A stretch of 53,468 bases of DNA from a virus (lineage: Duplodnaviria > Caudoviricetes): positions 1 through 53,468 of IMG/VR virus record IMGVR_UViG_3300019132_000024, one strand, 5' to 3'. How positions within the stretch are numbered: the stretch's first letter is position 1; each line of letters begins with the position of its first letter. Below are positions 45,669 through 53,468 of the stretch, piece after piece. The notes beneath the pieces are model-generated. The model was not told the DNA's origin and searched no databases. It worked only from the letters and a program-made list of their open reading frames with translations. The position numbers were made by a program, and so were the translations under genes.

Positions 45669-46169
45669 ATGACGCACCCCATCGAAGTCGCCGCGCTCGA
45701 GCGCGAGATCGAGAACCTGATCGCATCCTACCCGGAGCTTGCCGAGGACGAGACGCTGCGGGCGGATATGATCGCCGGCAGCACGGCGGCCGAGGAAGTG
45801 CTCTCCGCTCTCACGAGCCGGATCCTCGACGCCCAGGCCATGGCTTCGGCCATCCAGAAGCGCAAGAACGACCTCGACGCCCGCCTGAGCGCATGCGAGC
45901 GCCGGGAAGAGGCATACCGCTCCCTTGCCCTCCGGGTGATGAATGCGGCCCAACTCCGCAAGATGCCGCTGCCGGAAGCGACCCTTTCGCTCCGAGCCGT
46001 GCCGCCGGCCGTCATCATCTCCGATGAGAGCCAGATCCCGACCGAGTTCCAGAAGGTCAAGACCTCCCCTGATCGGACGAAGATCAAGGAGGCGCTGCAG
46101 GCCGGTGCGGTCGTGCCCGGCGCTTACCTGTCGAACGGCTCCGAGTCTCTGTCGGTGAGGACGAAGTGA
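45669..46169 (+). CDS. Siphovirus Gp157-family protein
   Basis: Coiled coil followed by DESQIP.EF...PDRTKIKEALQAG..VPGA. Confidence 0.82.
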   Translation: MTHPIEVAALEREIENLIASYPELAEDETLRADMIAGSTAAEEVLSALTSRILDAQAMASAIQKRKNDLDARLSACERREEAYRSLALRVMNAAQLRKMPLPEATLSLRAVPPAVIISDESQIPTEFQKVKTSPDRTKIKEALQAGAVVPGAYLSNGSESLSVRTK

Positions 46170-46885
46170 TGAACGAGACCGACAAGAAGATTGCCGAAAC
46201 CCTCGCCAAGTTCGGGGAGCCCATGGCCGGGAATGTGTGGCGCGTGCAGGGGAACGCGGTCATCTATCACAAGACATTGGAGCGGATCGCAGCCCAGGCC
46301 AAGATCACCTTCGACCTTCCGACGATCGTCCGAGCCGAAACCGATGAGGCCGTGCTTCTCGTCGCCGGACGCATGGGCGAGCGGATGGAGTGGTCGATCG
46401 GCGAGGCCGTCATGGCCGGCGGCAATCACCCGGGCAACTACCGGGTGTCGGGCAAGCAGGCCGCCTATCCCTACGCAATGGCTGAGAAGCGGGCCAAGGA
46501 CCGCGTGATCCTGAAGCTGATCGAGCTTCACGGACTCGTCTACTCCGAAGAGGAAGCCGACGAGTTCAAGGAGAGCGCCCGGGGAAACGGCGGCGGGGAG
46601 ATCTCTTCTGCGAAGACTACACAATCCCAGGACCGTGCGGGAAGTTCGGATGCCCGTACCTCCTCGCCATCGGAGGCGGGCCAAGGGCAGATTGGCAGTG
46701 TCGAAGCCGAACTCAAGCAGAAGATCACCAAGGCCAAGAGCATCAACGCCGTCAGTGACCTTATGCTGCATGCGGACACTCAGAAAATCCTCAACGAACT
46801 GCCCGAGCCGGTTCGAGACAAGATCCGTGACTTTGCCAAGGCTCGCCTGGTCGAACTCGGCTGGCCGACGAAGAAGGCGCAGTGA
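46166..46885 (+). CDS. Putative single-strand annealing/recombination protein
   Basis: Position after Gp157; AMAEKRAKDRVILKL...YSEEEAD core followed by a low-complexity linker. Confidence 0.45.
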   Translation: MMNETDKKIAETLAKFGEPMAGNVWRVQGNAVIYHKTLERIAAQAKITFDLPTIVRAETDEAVLLVAGRMGERMEWSIGEAVMAGGNHPGNYRVSGKQAAYPYAMAEKRAKDRVILKLIELHGLVYSEEEADEFKESARGNGGGEISSAKTTQSQDRAGSSDARTSSPSEAGQGQIGSVEAELKQKITKAKSINAVSDLMLHADTQKILNELPEPVRDKIRDFAKARLVELGWPTKKAQ

Positions 46886-46886
46886 C

Positions 46887-47321
46887 ATGACCACCCGCGT
46901 CGTCTCCACCGAAGCAGATCGCCAAGGCCTAATGCGCCTGCTTCAGGCCCGCGAGCTGCCGTTCACCGTCGAGATCGTGAAGGGCAAGCGGCGCTCTGTC
47001 GACCAGAACCGGATGCAGCGCCGCCTCCTGAACGAGATCGCAGAGCAGACCGGGCAGACCGCCGAGGAAGTCCGCGCCTATTGCAAGCTGACCATCGGGA
47101 TCCCGATCCTGCGGGCTGAAAGCGAATTGTTCGCACAGAAGTATGACGAGCACATTCGCCGCCTGCCCTATGAGACCAAGCTGGCAATGATGGCAGAGCC
47201 GTTCGACTTCCCTGTCACGAGGCTGATGACCACGGCGCAGAAGACCCGCTACCTCGATGAAGTTCAGCGGCACTTCGGCGCGCAGGGCGTGGTTTTCTCG
47301 TCTCCGTTGGAGGTTGCCTGA
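46887..47321 (+). CDS. NinB/Orf-like recombination accessory protein
   Basis: KRRSVDQN...LNEIAEQ...T..M....T.YLD pattern. Confidence 0.6.
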   Translation: MTTRVVSTEADRQGLMRLLQARELPFTVEIVKGKRRSVDQNRMQRRLLNEIAEQTGQTAEEVRAYCKLTIGIPILRAESELFAQKYDEHIRRLPYETKLAMMAEPFDFPVTRLMTTAQKTRYLDEVQRHFGAQGVVFSSPLEVA

Positions 47322-47704
47322 TGGCCTTCCGTATCTGCGAGGATGTCGGGACCACAAAGCGCCGGAAGATGACGCCGAGCCGCGCCCTGAAGATCTGGGA
47401 GGCCAATGGCGGGCTGTGCTGGTTCTGCAAGCTGCCGATCGATGGTGCCCGCGAGGATTGGTTCATCGAACATAAGCGGGCGCTTGAGCTAGGCGGCGAG
47501 GACATAGACGAGAACTGTGCCCCGGCCCATTACTTCCACAAGGCCGAGAAGGACGCCGAGGACCACAGCCTCGCGGCCAGATCGAAGCGACAAAAGCAGA
47601 GACACATCGGTATCAAGAAGCGGAAAGGCCCGCCGATGATCGGCAGCAAGGACAGCGGCTGGAAGCGCCGCATGGATGGGACTCTCGTCCGGAGATCCAA
47701 ATGA
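47321..47704 (+). CDS. HNH-family nuclease
   Basis: CWFC...IEHKRALELGG...N..PAH. Confidence 0.8.
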   Translation: MAFRICEDVGTTKRRKMTPSRALKIWEANGGLCWFCKLPIDGAREDWFIEHKRALELGGEDIDENCAPAHYFHKAEKDAEDHSLAARSKRQKQRHIGIKKRKGPPMIGSKDSGWKRRMDGTLVRRSK

Positions 47705-47768
47705 ACACCGTTTCACCCCTCCCCCTCATGGCTCGCACCGGATCCAGGGTCTCGCGTCCCGGCGCCGG

Positions 47769-47966
47769 TCATGAGGTGTGGCAGCAATCGCAATACGGCC
47801 GCGCAAGATCTCGCTCCAGCGCTTCAAGTTTAGCCTCCACAAGATCAGCAAGCGCGCTGTCCGGCACAAGTGCTCGAAGATCCCTGACCGTTGCTTTGAG
47901 TTCGGCCATGGTCGCCCCATCCACGAGCGTTTCCGGGGCGATGAGCAGAGCGGTTCTGGAGTGCAT
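47769..47966 (-). CDS. 65-aa hypothetical protein with a CDCCH tail
   Basis: GGAGG RBS; lies between 20-bp direct repeats. Confidence 0.5.
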   Translation of the reverse strand: MHSRTALLIAPETLVDGATMAELKATVRDLRALVPDSALADLVEAKLEALERDLARPYCDCCHTS

Positions 47967-48841
47967 GGTTGTCCTCCATTGGCCGAAATGGCAGCGGGAT
48001 ATGAGGCCTCAAATGGGGCGCTCCTGCGGTCCCCAGCCAGTCATTTCGGGGCAGCGGTCGCGAAAGCGTTCAGTCGCACGCATTTCTCTCTCGGCCGGCG
48101 CCGGTCACGAGGTGCGGGGTTGGTCTTCCGCTCAACAGAATAGTCTCGCCGGTAGCGGCACCAGGACGGACACTGCCACTACTAAGCCTATGGATGACAC
48201 AGCTGGCCATGGGACCGGCGAACAGAAGATCCAGACACGATCTGATGCTCAGCCAGGGGCTGCCCTCTATCCTACGTCCGAAACGCCTTGGCTGGTCTCT
48301 TCCACGCGCAATGTAGCAGCGCCACCGGGTGCGAGTAAACTTGGTCGGCGTGCACGAGAAGCGCAAAGAAAAAGGCCACTGCTTCCAGCGGCCTTAGGTA
48401 ACAGAGGACCTAACTCTGTAAAGGGAACTCGCTCGGAAGGAGATCCGAGTCAGGAAACGGGTGTAATGCCTCAAGGCGACAATGGGAAATTAAATTTCCT
48501 GAGGGCGCTCGTGCGCGCAATGCATGTACTGCAACTCGCGTTCGGGTGCCTTCAGAAAGAAAAAGACCGCCGGGGGCAGCGGTCGAAGTTGCAGAGCTCA
48601 ACGCTCTGGAGGCGGACTACGCAGACGAGCGCAGGCCAGGACCGACTTTGCAGCCCACTGGTCTGGATTTGAACTCCGATTCCGTGGCCCCTCCCATGCC
48701 GGCGACGCATAGAGCGACACGAACGATCGCAGATGCATGGCAACGAATGCAGGTGGCCCACAGCCAAGCTATTGAAAGCAAAGCTTCCGCAATCGGACCC
48801 GGTAAGTATTCGAAGCTTAGCTACATTCACTGGAGGATCTG

Positions 48842-49084
48842 ATGGGAAGGGTACAACCCTCTCATAGCCTGCCGCCTTCCCTGCCCCCGCGCGGGCTCAA
48901 CCGCGAGCAGGCTGCGGCCTACATCGGCGTGGGCTTGAGCAAGTTCGACGCTATGGTCGAGGATGGGCGCATGCCGAAGCCAAAGCGCGTCGACCGTCGC
49001 AAGGTCTGGGACATACGTGCCCTCGATTTGGCATTCGACGACCTTCCAGGTGATGATGCCAGCGAGACCAACGAATGGGATTAG
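48842..49084 (+). CDS. xis: Excisionase / AlpA-like HTH
   Basis: PRGLNREQAAAYIGV...GRMPKP...WD...LD; immediately upstream of the integrase. Confidence 0.8.
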   Translation: MGRVQPSHSLPPSLPPRGLNREQAAAYIGVGLSKFDAMVEDGRMPKPKRVDRRKVWDIRALDLAFDDLPGDDASETNEWD

Positions 49085-49086
49085 CG

Positions 49087-50112
49087 ATGGCGCAGATCAG
49101 ACTGCCCTACGTTCAGGAGTTCGTGGACCGACACGGTAAGGTCAGGCGGTATTTCCGGAAGAACGGCAAGCGCACCCCTCTGCCCGGATCACCGGGATCC
49201 AGGGAGTTCCGGCTGGCCTATGAGGCTGCCCTTGCCGGTAACTGGGAGGCGGACGTCAAGGACAAGAACACGTCTCCACCCGGCTCGATGAGCCGCCTGA
49301 TTGCCCTCTACTATTCGTCAGCTACCTTTAAGGGTCTGGAGCGGATCACGCAGGCCAGCTATCGCAACGAGATCGAGAAGATCCGCCTCGCCCACGGCGA
49401 GAAGCGTGTGGCGATGCTCCGCCGCGATCACGTCAAGAAACTGTTTGCAGAGAAGGCAGACAAGCCTGGCGCCGCCAACAAGTTCCTACGACACATGCGG
49501 ACGCTGATGCGATTCGCCATCGATGAGGGTTGGCGCACCGACGATCCAACCTTCGGCATCCGTAAGATGAAGATCAAGAATGGCGGCTTTCGCGCCTGGA
49601 CCGATGACGACATCGCGGCCTTTGAGAACAAATGGCCTATCGGCACGCGCGAGCGGCTTGCCCTCTCGCTCCTGCTCTATACAGCCCAGCGCCGCTCCGA
49701 TGTCATCCGCATGGGCTGGCAGCACGTCCGCAATGGCATGATCCAGGTCCGGCAGCAGAAGACCGGCACACCACTTTGGATTCCGATTCATCCGAAGCTG
49801 GATGCCGTGCTGCAGGCCACGCCGCGCTCCAACATGACGTTTCTCATCACAGCGCAGGGCAAGCCGTTCACGTCGGCTGGGTTCGGCAATTACTTTTCCG
49901 AAGTTTCTCGCGAGGCGGGATGCTCTGAGGGGTGCTCCGCCCACGGCCTGCGGAAGGCTGCAGCGCGCCGCTTGGCAGAAGCTGGCTGCACGTCAAAGCA
50001 GATACAGGCTATTACCGGCCACAAGAGCCTAGATGAGGTTGAGCGCTATACTAAAGAGGCCGAGCAGGTACTGCTGGCTCAGCAGGCGATGGCGCTTGTT
50101 AGCTCTGACTGA
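49087..50112 (+). CDS. int: Tyrosine integrase
   Basis: TAQRRSD (R), QQKT (K), HGLRK and TGH...Y catalytic set. Confidence 0.95.
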   Translation: MAQIRLPYVQEFVDRHGKVRRYFRKNGKRTPLPGSPGSREFRLAYEAALAGNWEADVKDKNTSPPGSMSRLIALYYSSATFKGLERITQASYRNEIEKIRLAHGEKRVAMLRRDHVKKLFAEKADKPGAANKFLRHMRTLMRFAIDEGWRTDDPTFGIRKMKIKNGGFRAWTDDDIAAFENKWPIGTRERLALSLLLYTAQRRSDVIRMGWQHVRNGMIQVRQQKTGTPLWIPIHPKLDAVLQATPRSNMTFLITAQGKPFTSAGFGNYFSEVSREAGCSEGCSAHGLRKAAARRLAEAGCTSKQIQAITGHKSLDEVERYTKEAEQVLLAQQAMALVSSD

Positions 50113-50447
50113 AGCGAGTGAGCTACGGCAGTTAGTTCTGCCAAGCTTAGGACAGGCCAGGTCCTGCGGCCTCATCCACGGACACAAGAACCGTCAGGAC
50201 GCGTTTAACAAATCACTAATTAGCCCTCCTTGGAGACGCCCCCTAAGGAGAGGGACGATCTTGCTAATAGGGTTACATGCAAATTTCGCGGAAGCCGTTT
50301 ATGGAACGGCCTTCGCTAACAGGATCCAGGCAGGGACTGGCGGAGCTAGGCCGCTTGGGCACAAGCGGCCGCCTAAAGGAGAAGGCGGGAAATGAACCTC
50401 CCGCCTTCCTCGTCCTGGGGCTGCACCGCAGGCGGCCCTGCCAGCGC

Positions 50448-52721
50448 TTATACGTCGAACAGGAAGTCGGACCTGTCGATGTGAACCCGCGCGACGAAGT
50501 TTTCGTCGAATGTGGTTCGCACCTCAATGAGCCCAGCCGTAGGATTGCTGATCTTCGCGTAGGCGAAGTACCCAAGATCTACGTGTTCGATGGTTAAATC
50601 CTCGAAGGTCAATCCAGTTCCTCTGAGGTCGATCTTTTCGACACCGTCCTCGAAGTCCCAAATGATATCTCCGATCCCATATTCAATTAAGGTAGAGTCG
50701 CTCCAAACCGCGCCGAAAACAAACTGATCGACACCCGCGCCGCCGGTAAACTGGGTGTCGCCGGCGCTCCCTACCAGTTGGTCATCGCCCGCACCCCCGT
50801 CCAGTCCGGCGTTCTCTGCACCCGCTTTGACGATGTCGTTGCCATCTTCTCCGCTTAGAGATGAATAGCCCACATTGCTGCCAATTAGCAGGTCGTTGCC
50901 GGTGCCGCCAAAGGCAGTGCCGGAGTTGCCGCCGGAGAGGTCGAGCGTGTCATTGCCCGCTTCCCCGTAGAGCGCATCGAACCCTGTGCCGCCATCCAGG
51001 GTGTCATTGCCTTCGCCACCGTGAATTTCGTCGTCGCCACCGAGACCGTAAATCAGGTCGTTCTTACCGAGACCGAAGATAAAATTGTCGCCCTCTGTGC
51101 CGGAGAGCGTATCGCTCTTCTCGGTTCCGGCAATCGCGAGGTTGGTGGCTTCGGTGAAATCCGCCTCCGTGAAGGCATGCGTACCGACGAACTGGACCGC
51201 AAAGTCGGTGTTGTTGAGCACACCGTTGTCATCGGTGTCCGCGAAGAGCCATGTGTTCCCATCGCGAAGCGTGTAGAAGATATCGATGACCCCGTCGCTA
51301 CCTCCCGACAACGTGGCGCCGGTTGTCGGAGCGAACGAGACAGCGCCACGGAATACCAGAGGACTCGCACCCGAGAGGCCAATCTGGTCTCCGCCCGCGG
51401 CGCCAGCGCCCTCGAAGTCCAGCACCTGGTCTGCGGTAGTGAGGGTCGAGTGTGGATTGAACGAGGCCAGCGAGAACTTGAACGTGTCGGCACCACTACC
51501 GCCCTCGAGCACGTCGGCGCCGTTGTAGCCCTCCAGTTCGTCATCGCCGTCGCCGCCAGACAGAAAATCGTTTCCGGTCCCACCGCCCTCAAGGTCGTCG
51601 TTGCCGGCGCCGCCGAACAGTTGATCGTCCCCATCGAGACCATTCAGAAAGTCGTTGCCCTCCTCTCCGTGGAGAGCGTCATTGCCACCATCGCCCCAGA
51701 GAGTATCGCGCCCTGTGCCACCGTACATGGTGTCATTGCCGGTGCCGCCATTCATGTTGCCATCGTTGCCGGCACCGCCGTAGATCAGGTCGTCGCCCGC
51801 GTCGCCGTTGAGTGCCGCATCGCCAAAGCCGTCCGTGCCATCGAAGTTGAGCTCGTCCCCACCATAAATCACGTCACTGCCGATGCCGCCGGATATCTGG
51901 TCGCGACCGGCGCCGCCGTTGAGCGTGTCATCTCCAGCATCGCCGCGAATTACGTCGACGCCCGCATCGCCATTGATGGCATCGTTGCCATCACCGCCAT
52001 TGATCGTATCGTTGCCATCACCGCCATTAATGGTATCGTTTCCGCCAACACCGAAGATTGTGTTGTTCGACTCATCGCCGACGATGATGTCGGGGCCATC
52101 CGTGCCCCGGCTGACAAAGGCGGTGCCGGTGCTGAAGTCGTCTTTGGTAAGGCTATGTTGTCCTGCTATGCGGACGGTGAAGTCATTGGCGTCGTAGATG
52201 CCGTCATCATTGGAGTCTGCGAATAGGACCGTGGTGTTCGTTGTTTCATCGAAGGCATAGAACACCTCGGTGAAGCCATTGCCGCCGAACGAGAGCGCAG
52301 AGCCTATGGCGGGCATCGCGGCGAGAGCGCCCTCGAAGACGAAGCGGCGGCCTCCGGGGGGGCTGGCCAAGTTAAGAACGTCTCCCCCGGCCACACCTGC
52401 GCCCTCGAAATCGGAGATCGTGTCCTGAGCCGAGGCCGTCGATTCGCCTGCAGCGACGGACCATGTGAAAGTGTCAGCGCCACTGCCGCCAGTCATACTA
52501 TCGGCACCAGCGTTGCCGGACAGGCTATCATTGCCGTCGCCGCCGAGCAGCGTGTCACTGCCGGTGCTGCCGGAGAGGGTATCGTCGCCGGTGCCGCCAT
52601 CGAGCATGTCATTGCCGGCTTGACCGAACAGGCTGTCATTGCCGCCAAGGCCGAAGATCTGGTCATCCTCCGCGGTGCCTGACAGGAAATTGTTGAATTC
52701 TGTACCGGTGATCTGTGCCAT
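50448..52721 (-). CDS. RTX/hemolysin-type calcium-binding protein, probable type I secretion substrate
   Basis: Many GGxGxDx(L/I) nonapeptides; two copies of a DFEGAG.AGGD...ADx.DxG..DF module; GGAGG RBS; no signal peptide. Confidence 0.9.
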   Translation of the reverse strand: MAQITGTEFNNFLSGTAEDDQIFGLGGNDSLFGQAGNDMLDGGTGDDTLSGSTGSDTLLGGDGNDSLSGNAGADSMTGGSGADTFTWSVAAGESTASAQDTISDFEGAGVAGGDVLNLASPPGGRRFVFEGALAAMPAIGSALSFGGNGFTEVFYAFDETTNTTVLFADSNDDGIYDANDFTVRIAGQHSLTKDDFSTGTAFVSRGTDGPDIIVGDESNNTIFGVGGNDTINGGDGNDTINGGDGNDAINGDAGVDVIRGDAGDDTLNGGAGRDQISGGIGSDVIYGGDELNFDGTDGFGDAALNGDAGDDLIYGGAGNDGNMNGGTGNDTMYGGTGRDTLWGDGGNDALHGEEGNDFLNGLDGDDQLFGGAGNDDLEGGGTGNDFLSGGDGDDELEGYNGADVLEGGSGADTFKFSLASFNPHSTLTTADQVLDFEGAGAAGGDQIGLSGASPLVFRGAVSFAPTTGATLSGGSDGVIDIFYTLRDGNTWLFADTDDNGVLNNTDFAVQFVGTHAFTEADFTEATNLAIAGTEKSDTLSGTEGDNFIFGLGKNDLIYGLGGDDEIHGGEGNDTLDGGTGFDALYGEAGNDTLDLSGGNSGTAFGGTGNDLLIGSNVGYSSLSGEDGNDIVKAGAENAGLDGGAGDDQLVGSAGDTQFTGGAGVDQFVFGAVWSDSTLIEYGIGDIIWDFEDGVEKIDLRGTGLTFEDLTIEHVDLGYFAYAKISNPTAGLIEVRTTFDENFVARVHIDRSDFLFDV

Positions 52722-53308
52722 GTGGTCCTCCCATTCCCGTGCTGAAGCCGGTTTCTTATTGCCGGATGTAACCGGGACTATTCACCGCTTCCCGTCGCTA
52801 TGACGATCAAGCAGATACTGTAGCTTAGCGGTAGATCACAGCCGGACAATTGTCCGCCGATGGGGTTATTTGGGTATTTCGAGCAGGATTTGGAAATCTT
52901 TGTTTTATGCTGAGGACGCTGAAGCGGACATTGGGCGCATCGGTAGAGCGACCTAAGTAAGGGCACTGGCCTCCTGCGCGACGATGAGCATTTAATAGAC
53001 AAACCAGCAGATGCCATACTCTCCCATGAGAATGGTTGTGGCTGACGGACCAAGGATGTTGCCTGCTTCACCCAGCTTACCAATTGGGTGCTGTTTCCCG
53101 CGTATCAGAAGAGGGCGTGCGGCTGCCAAGTTGAAATGTCCGTTGGCCTGCAAAGCAGGATCAGGACATTCTAACTTTGCGGCTACAAGGCGATTTCGCA
53201 AAACGGGCGTTATGGAAAGCAGGTTTCTGGGTACCTCACACCTACTCGGGATCGCCACGTCCGCTTCATCAATCCACGATCATCGTGAGCACGAATTGAG
53301 AACACCGG

Positions 53309-53330
53309 GTGTCAAACCTAGTGTCAAACC
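53309..53330 (+). promoter_or_regulatory. Putative integrase arm-type sites, right (GTGTCAAACC x2)
   Basis: Perfect 10-bp direct repeat about 40 bp inside the right core. Confidence 0.65.
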
Positions 53331-53369
53331 AGATAAAAATGCAAAGTATGGCAGTGGCTTAGAGAGAAT

Positions 53370-53387
53370 ATGGTGGGCCCGGCAGGA
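53370..53387 (+). repeat. att core, right copy
   Basis: Identical to 82-99; overlaps the tRNA 3' end. Confidence 0.93.
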
Positions 53388-53446
53388 CTCGAACCTGCAA
53401 CCAGACCGTTATGAGCGGCCGGCTCTAACCATTGAGCTACAGGCCC
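53371..53446 (-). tRNA. tRNA-Ile2 (anticodon CAT, lysidine type)
   Basis: 76-nt cloverleaf GGGCCTGTAGCTCAATGG...CT-CAT-AA...TTCGAGT...ACCA; C4-G69/C5-G68 TilS determinants; no initiator C1 mismatch or GGG/CCC anticodon stem. Confidence 0.92.
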
Positions 53447-53468
53447 CGTTCAGGGGGAGAACGGCATT

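Larger units (their letters stand above)
82..53387. mobile_element. Temperate siphovirus prophage integrated at tRNA-Ile2(CAT)
   Basis: 18-bp direct repeat at both ends matches the tRNA 3' end; integration, immunity, replication, packaging, head, tail and lysis modules are all present in lambdoid order. Confidence 0.95.

Noticed and set aside
47701-48672. 323-aa plus-strand ORF
   Set aside because: Ser/Arg-rich with no recognisable domain; its repeated GAGHEV comes from the DNA direct repeat; it overlaps a better-supported reverse ORF
52920-53268. 10-bp inverted repeat TGAAGCGGAC/GTCCGCTTCA as MITE ends
   Set aside because: Too short; no target duplication or transposase; may be a decayed REP-like sequence
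53289-53303. LexA-box-like GCAC-N7-GAAC
   Set aside because: One mismatch to GAAC-N7-GAAC and no downstream gene in the prophage state
53371-53446. Calling the CAT tRNA a tRNA-Met
   Set aside because: Lacks initiator features and has Ile2-type acceptor determinants
1-53468. CRISPR array, diversity-generating retroelement, retron, invertase shufflon, IS element
   Set aside because: No spaced repeats, reverse transcriptase, serine invertase or transposase motifs seen; fibre and RTX repeats are protein-level

Overview
Almost the whole window (82-53387) is one apparently intact temperate siphovirus prophage of about 53.3 kb. The host is an alphaproteobacterium; the RTX C-termini and cargo families suggest Microvirga/Methylobacteriaceae (inference). 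It is integrated at the 3' end of a tRNA-Ile2(CAT) gene and bounded by an 18-bp att direct repeat. Right to left it carries: an RTX Ca-binding cargo gene, a tyrosine integrase and xis, early-left recombination genes, a cI/cro switch with five CCCC-N5-GGGG operators, replication genes (DUF1376-type initiator, DnaB), a NusG paralog in the Q position, a late-leader/moron region, HNH/TerS/TerL, a fused protease-capsid gene, portal, head-tail and lambda-like tail genes (with a -1 frameshift chaperone), a large modular tail fibre, lysis genes, and a left cargo block (LOV-like HisKA_2 kinase, receiver protein, Zn-ribbon protein, serralysin-like RTX protease). Three observations stand out. (1) A 69-nt D-armless tRNA-Gly(CCC)-like RNA in the late leader whose D-loop and T-loop resemble the tRNA-like domain of alphaproteobacterial tmRNA, a possible SmpB/trans-translation mimic. 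(2) A NepR-like anti-sigma gene beside cI plus a cysteine-less LOV-like kinase, suggesting phage interference with the general stress response. (3) A hairpin-plus-terminator late leader that is the likely target of the NusG paralog. All family calls are by motif recognition; no searches were run.
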